From a bacterium (GTDB taxonomy: Bacteria; Zhuqueibacterota; Zhuqueibacteria; Residuimicrobiales; Krinioviventaceae), in contig CAXXFV010000016.1 of NCBI GenBank assembly GCA_963674595.2, positions 1-64,000 on the forward strand: a stretch of 64,000 bases of DNA, read 5' to 3'. The stretch's first letter is position 1. Each line of letters starts with the position of its first letter. The translations under genes and the position numbers were made by a program. Below the pieces are notes generated by a model. That model was not told where the DNA came from. It ran no database searches and saw nothing but the letters and a program-made list of their open reading frames with translations. Shown here in pieces: positions 61,897 through 64,000 of this stretch.

Positions 61897-62583
61897 ATGA
61901 AAAAAATTGATCCGATTTATTTGATTTTATCCATCGCCAGTTATCTTGCCGTTGCTGTTGCTCTTTATTTTGCTTTTTTCTATGCACCAACGGAAAGAAC
62001 AATGGGAGATGTTCAGCGTATTTTTTATTTTCATGTTCCTTCTGCCTGGGTTTCTTTTCTGGCTTTTTTTGTGGTATGTGTTGCAAGTATTATATTTCTT
62101 AAAACAGGTAAAGCAAAATGGGACCTATTGGCTGTCAGCTCTGCTGAAATCGGTGTTTTGTTTTTAAGCATTGTTTTAGTAACCGGTCCGTTATGGGCAA
62201 AACCGGTCTGGAATACCTTTTGGACCTGGGACGCGCGGTTAACAACTTCATTTGTATTATATCTGATTTATATCGCTTATTTAATGTTGAGAAATTATGC
62301 TTCCGACAATCAACGGGGAGCGCGGTTTGCCGCTGTTTTTGGGATTATTGGTTTTATCGATGTTCCTATTGTTTATATGTCCATTCGCTGGTGGCGGACA
62401 TTACATCCCAGTCCGGTGATGGGCGGCGAACAGGGCAGTGGCCTGGCACCGCAGATGGTATTGACCTTAATGGTTAGTCTTGCGGCTTTTACGATATTGT
62501 TTGTCACTCTGCTGGTATTCCGATACCATACCGCAGTATTGGACCAGAAAATCAAATACCGGTTACAACAGCAAAATATCTAA
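61897..62583 (+). CDS. ccmC: Heme exporter CcmC
   Basis: RIFYFHVP, WAKPVWNTFWTWDARLT, WWRTLHP. Confidence 0.94.
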   Translation: MKKIDPIYLILSIASYLAVAVALYFAFFYAPTERTMGDVQRIFYFHVPSAWVSFLAFFVVCVASIIFLKTGKAKWDLLAVSSAEIGVLFLSIVLVTGPLWAKPVWNTFWTWDARLTTSFVLYLIYIAYLMLRNYASDNQRGARFAAVFGIIGFIDVPIVYMSIRWWRTLHPSPVMGGEQGSGLAPQMVLTLMVSLAAFTILFVTLLVFRYHTAVLDQKIKYRLQQQNI

Positions 62584-62600
62584 CACGAACGGAGAACAGA

Positions 62601-62726
62601 ATGGATTTAAAATATTTATTTCTCGCTTATCTTTTTATCTGGACAGCGATATTTGTGTTTATGTTACGAATTGCCAAAAAATTAACATTTTTAAAAAGAA
62701 ATGTTGACGTAAAATCGGATGAATAA
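62601..62726 (+). CDS. ccmD: CcmD-like small membrane protein (41 aa, not in the ORF track)
   Basis: SD GGAG; MDLKYLFLAYLFIWTAIFVFMLRIAKKL..., with the AY..W pattern; directly follows ccmC. Confidence 0.75.
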   Translation: MDLKYLFLAYLFIWTAIFVFMLRIAKKLTFLKRNVDVKSDE

Positions 62727-62782
62727 TTTTGATTTTTTATACATGGGGAGTTTTCTGCTGTAAAATCCGGATTTTTCAAATC

Positions 62783-62811
62783 TTGACTCTTAAGCATTAT
62801 TATTGTATATT
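62783..62811 (+). promoter_or_regulatory. Sigma-70 promoter of prfB
   Basis: TTGACT-17 nt-TATATT. Confidence 0.6.
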
Positions 62812-62864
62812 CTTCATTGTTTTAACTGGAATTAAATTAGATAAAAACAGAATACAGGTTTTTT

Positions 62865-63960
62865 ATGTATGATGAAATTAGAGATACATTAAAAGAATAT
62901 AATCAACGAATCGATTCACTAAGGGGGTTCCTTTGACATTGAAACCAAAGAAAATGAAATAGCCCAGCTTGAACAACAAACCCAGCAACCGGGATTCTGG
63001 GACAATAATGAAAAAGCACAAAATACCATGCGTGAAATCAGTTCCAGGAAAGATTGGGTGGACACCTGGGCTGGTATGAAAAAACAGTGTGATGATCTGT
63101 TTGAACTGCTTACGTTGGCAGAAGAAGAAAATGATGATGATACTGCAAAAGAGATTGAGGTAGATTTAAAAGGGCTTGAAAAAGACATTCTGGACCTCGA
63201 ATTTCGTAAAATGTTGGGAAATCCTGAAGATTCAAAAAGCGCTATTTTAACCATTCATCCCGGTGCCGGTGGTACAGAGTCTCAGGACTGGGCGCAGATG
63301 CTGATGCGTATGTATATTCGCTGGATTGAGCGGAAAAAATTCAAATATGATATTTTAGATATACAATCCGGAGATGAAGCCGGTATTAAAGGTGTGTCTA
63401 TTGAAGTAACCGGTAATTACGCCTATGGCTATTTACAGGCTGAGGCCGGTGTTCACCGTTTGGTGCGGATTTCTCCGTTCGATTTTAACAAACGCCGCCA
63501 CACATCATTTGCTTCTGTGTTTGTTTATCCGGAAATTGACGATGCTATTGACGTGGATGTTGATGAAAAAGACCTTCGTGTTGATACCTATCGGGCCAGC
63601 GGTGCCGGTGGTCAGCATGTTAACAAAACTTCATCAGCGGTAAGGATTACTCATCTTCCTTCGGGTATTGTTGTTCAGTGTCAGAATGAGCGTTCCCAGC
63701 ATCGGAACAGAGAATCGGCAATGAAAATTTTATTTTCACGCTTGTACCAGTTAAAGCTGGAAGAAGAGCGGTCTAAAATGGAACATTTGGAAAGCTCTAA
63801 AAGAGAAATCGGCTGGGGAAGTCAGATTCGGTCTTATGTTTTTCATCCCTATAATATGGTTAAAGACCATCGTACCAATCATGAAACCAGTAATACAACG
63901 GCGGTTATGGATGGTGATCTGGATGAATTTATACAAACCTATTTGATGCAGTATAAATAG
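62865..63960 (+). CDS. prfB: Peptide chain release factor 2 (programmed +1 frameshift)
   Basis: ATG 62865, 23 codons to CTT TGA C; the +1 frame continues into the 63028 ORF with SPF and GGQ motifs. Confidence 0.97.
62922..62937 (+). other. prfB +1 ribosomal frameshift site
   Basis: AGGGGG-TTC-CTT-TGA-C: internal SD plus slippery CTT-TGA. Confidence 0.95.
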
Positions 63961-64000
63961 AATGAAAATTTATATAGAATATCACGGAGAAAACCTTTGA

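Noticed and set aside
62480-62707. 75-aa ORF after ccmC in the ORF track
   Set aside because: Wrong frame; the SD-preceded 41-aa CcmD-like ORF at 62601..62726 fits better

Overview
AT-rich bacterial chromosomal window, probably from an FCB-group lineage such as KSB1 or Calditrichota (inferred from the YPNPFNP-type C-terminal sorting domains and the gene repertoire). Housekeeping genes include purC, secDF, purA, folD and prfB with its programmed +1 frameshift. Accessory content includes a tandemly duplicated lipoprotein pair, a citrate-lyase-like locus with an atypical CitD-CitE fusion, carbohydrate-active enzymes and TonB-dependent receptors. Several genes at 16-25 kb are broken by single-base indels that look like assembly errors. 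The main finding is a minus-strand operon at 33.6-39.4 kb, probably sigma-54 controlled. Its ORFs 38641..38847 and 37555..38631 are one in-frame gene interrupted by TGA and followed by a SECIS-like hairpin, i.e. a predicted 11-heme selenocysteine lipoprotein cytochrome. It is followed by a tandem rhodanese lipoprotein, a porin, a 12-heme periplasmic cytochrome and a 7-heme lipoprotein cytochrome. A second redox locus at 51.8-62.7 kb encodes a 9-heme cytochrome with a secretion-type C-terminal domain, a Cys-rich MerR regulator, a NapC/NirT-like membrane cytochrome and ccm genes. A candidate sigma-54-dependent sRNA lies at about 15.85-15.94 kb. No rRNA, tRNA, CRISPR array or IS element was recognised. 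All calls come from reading the sequence; no database searches were run.
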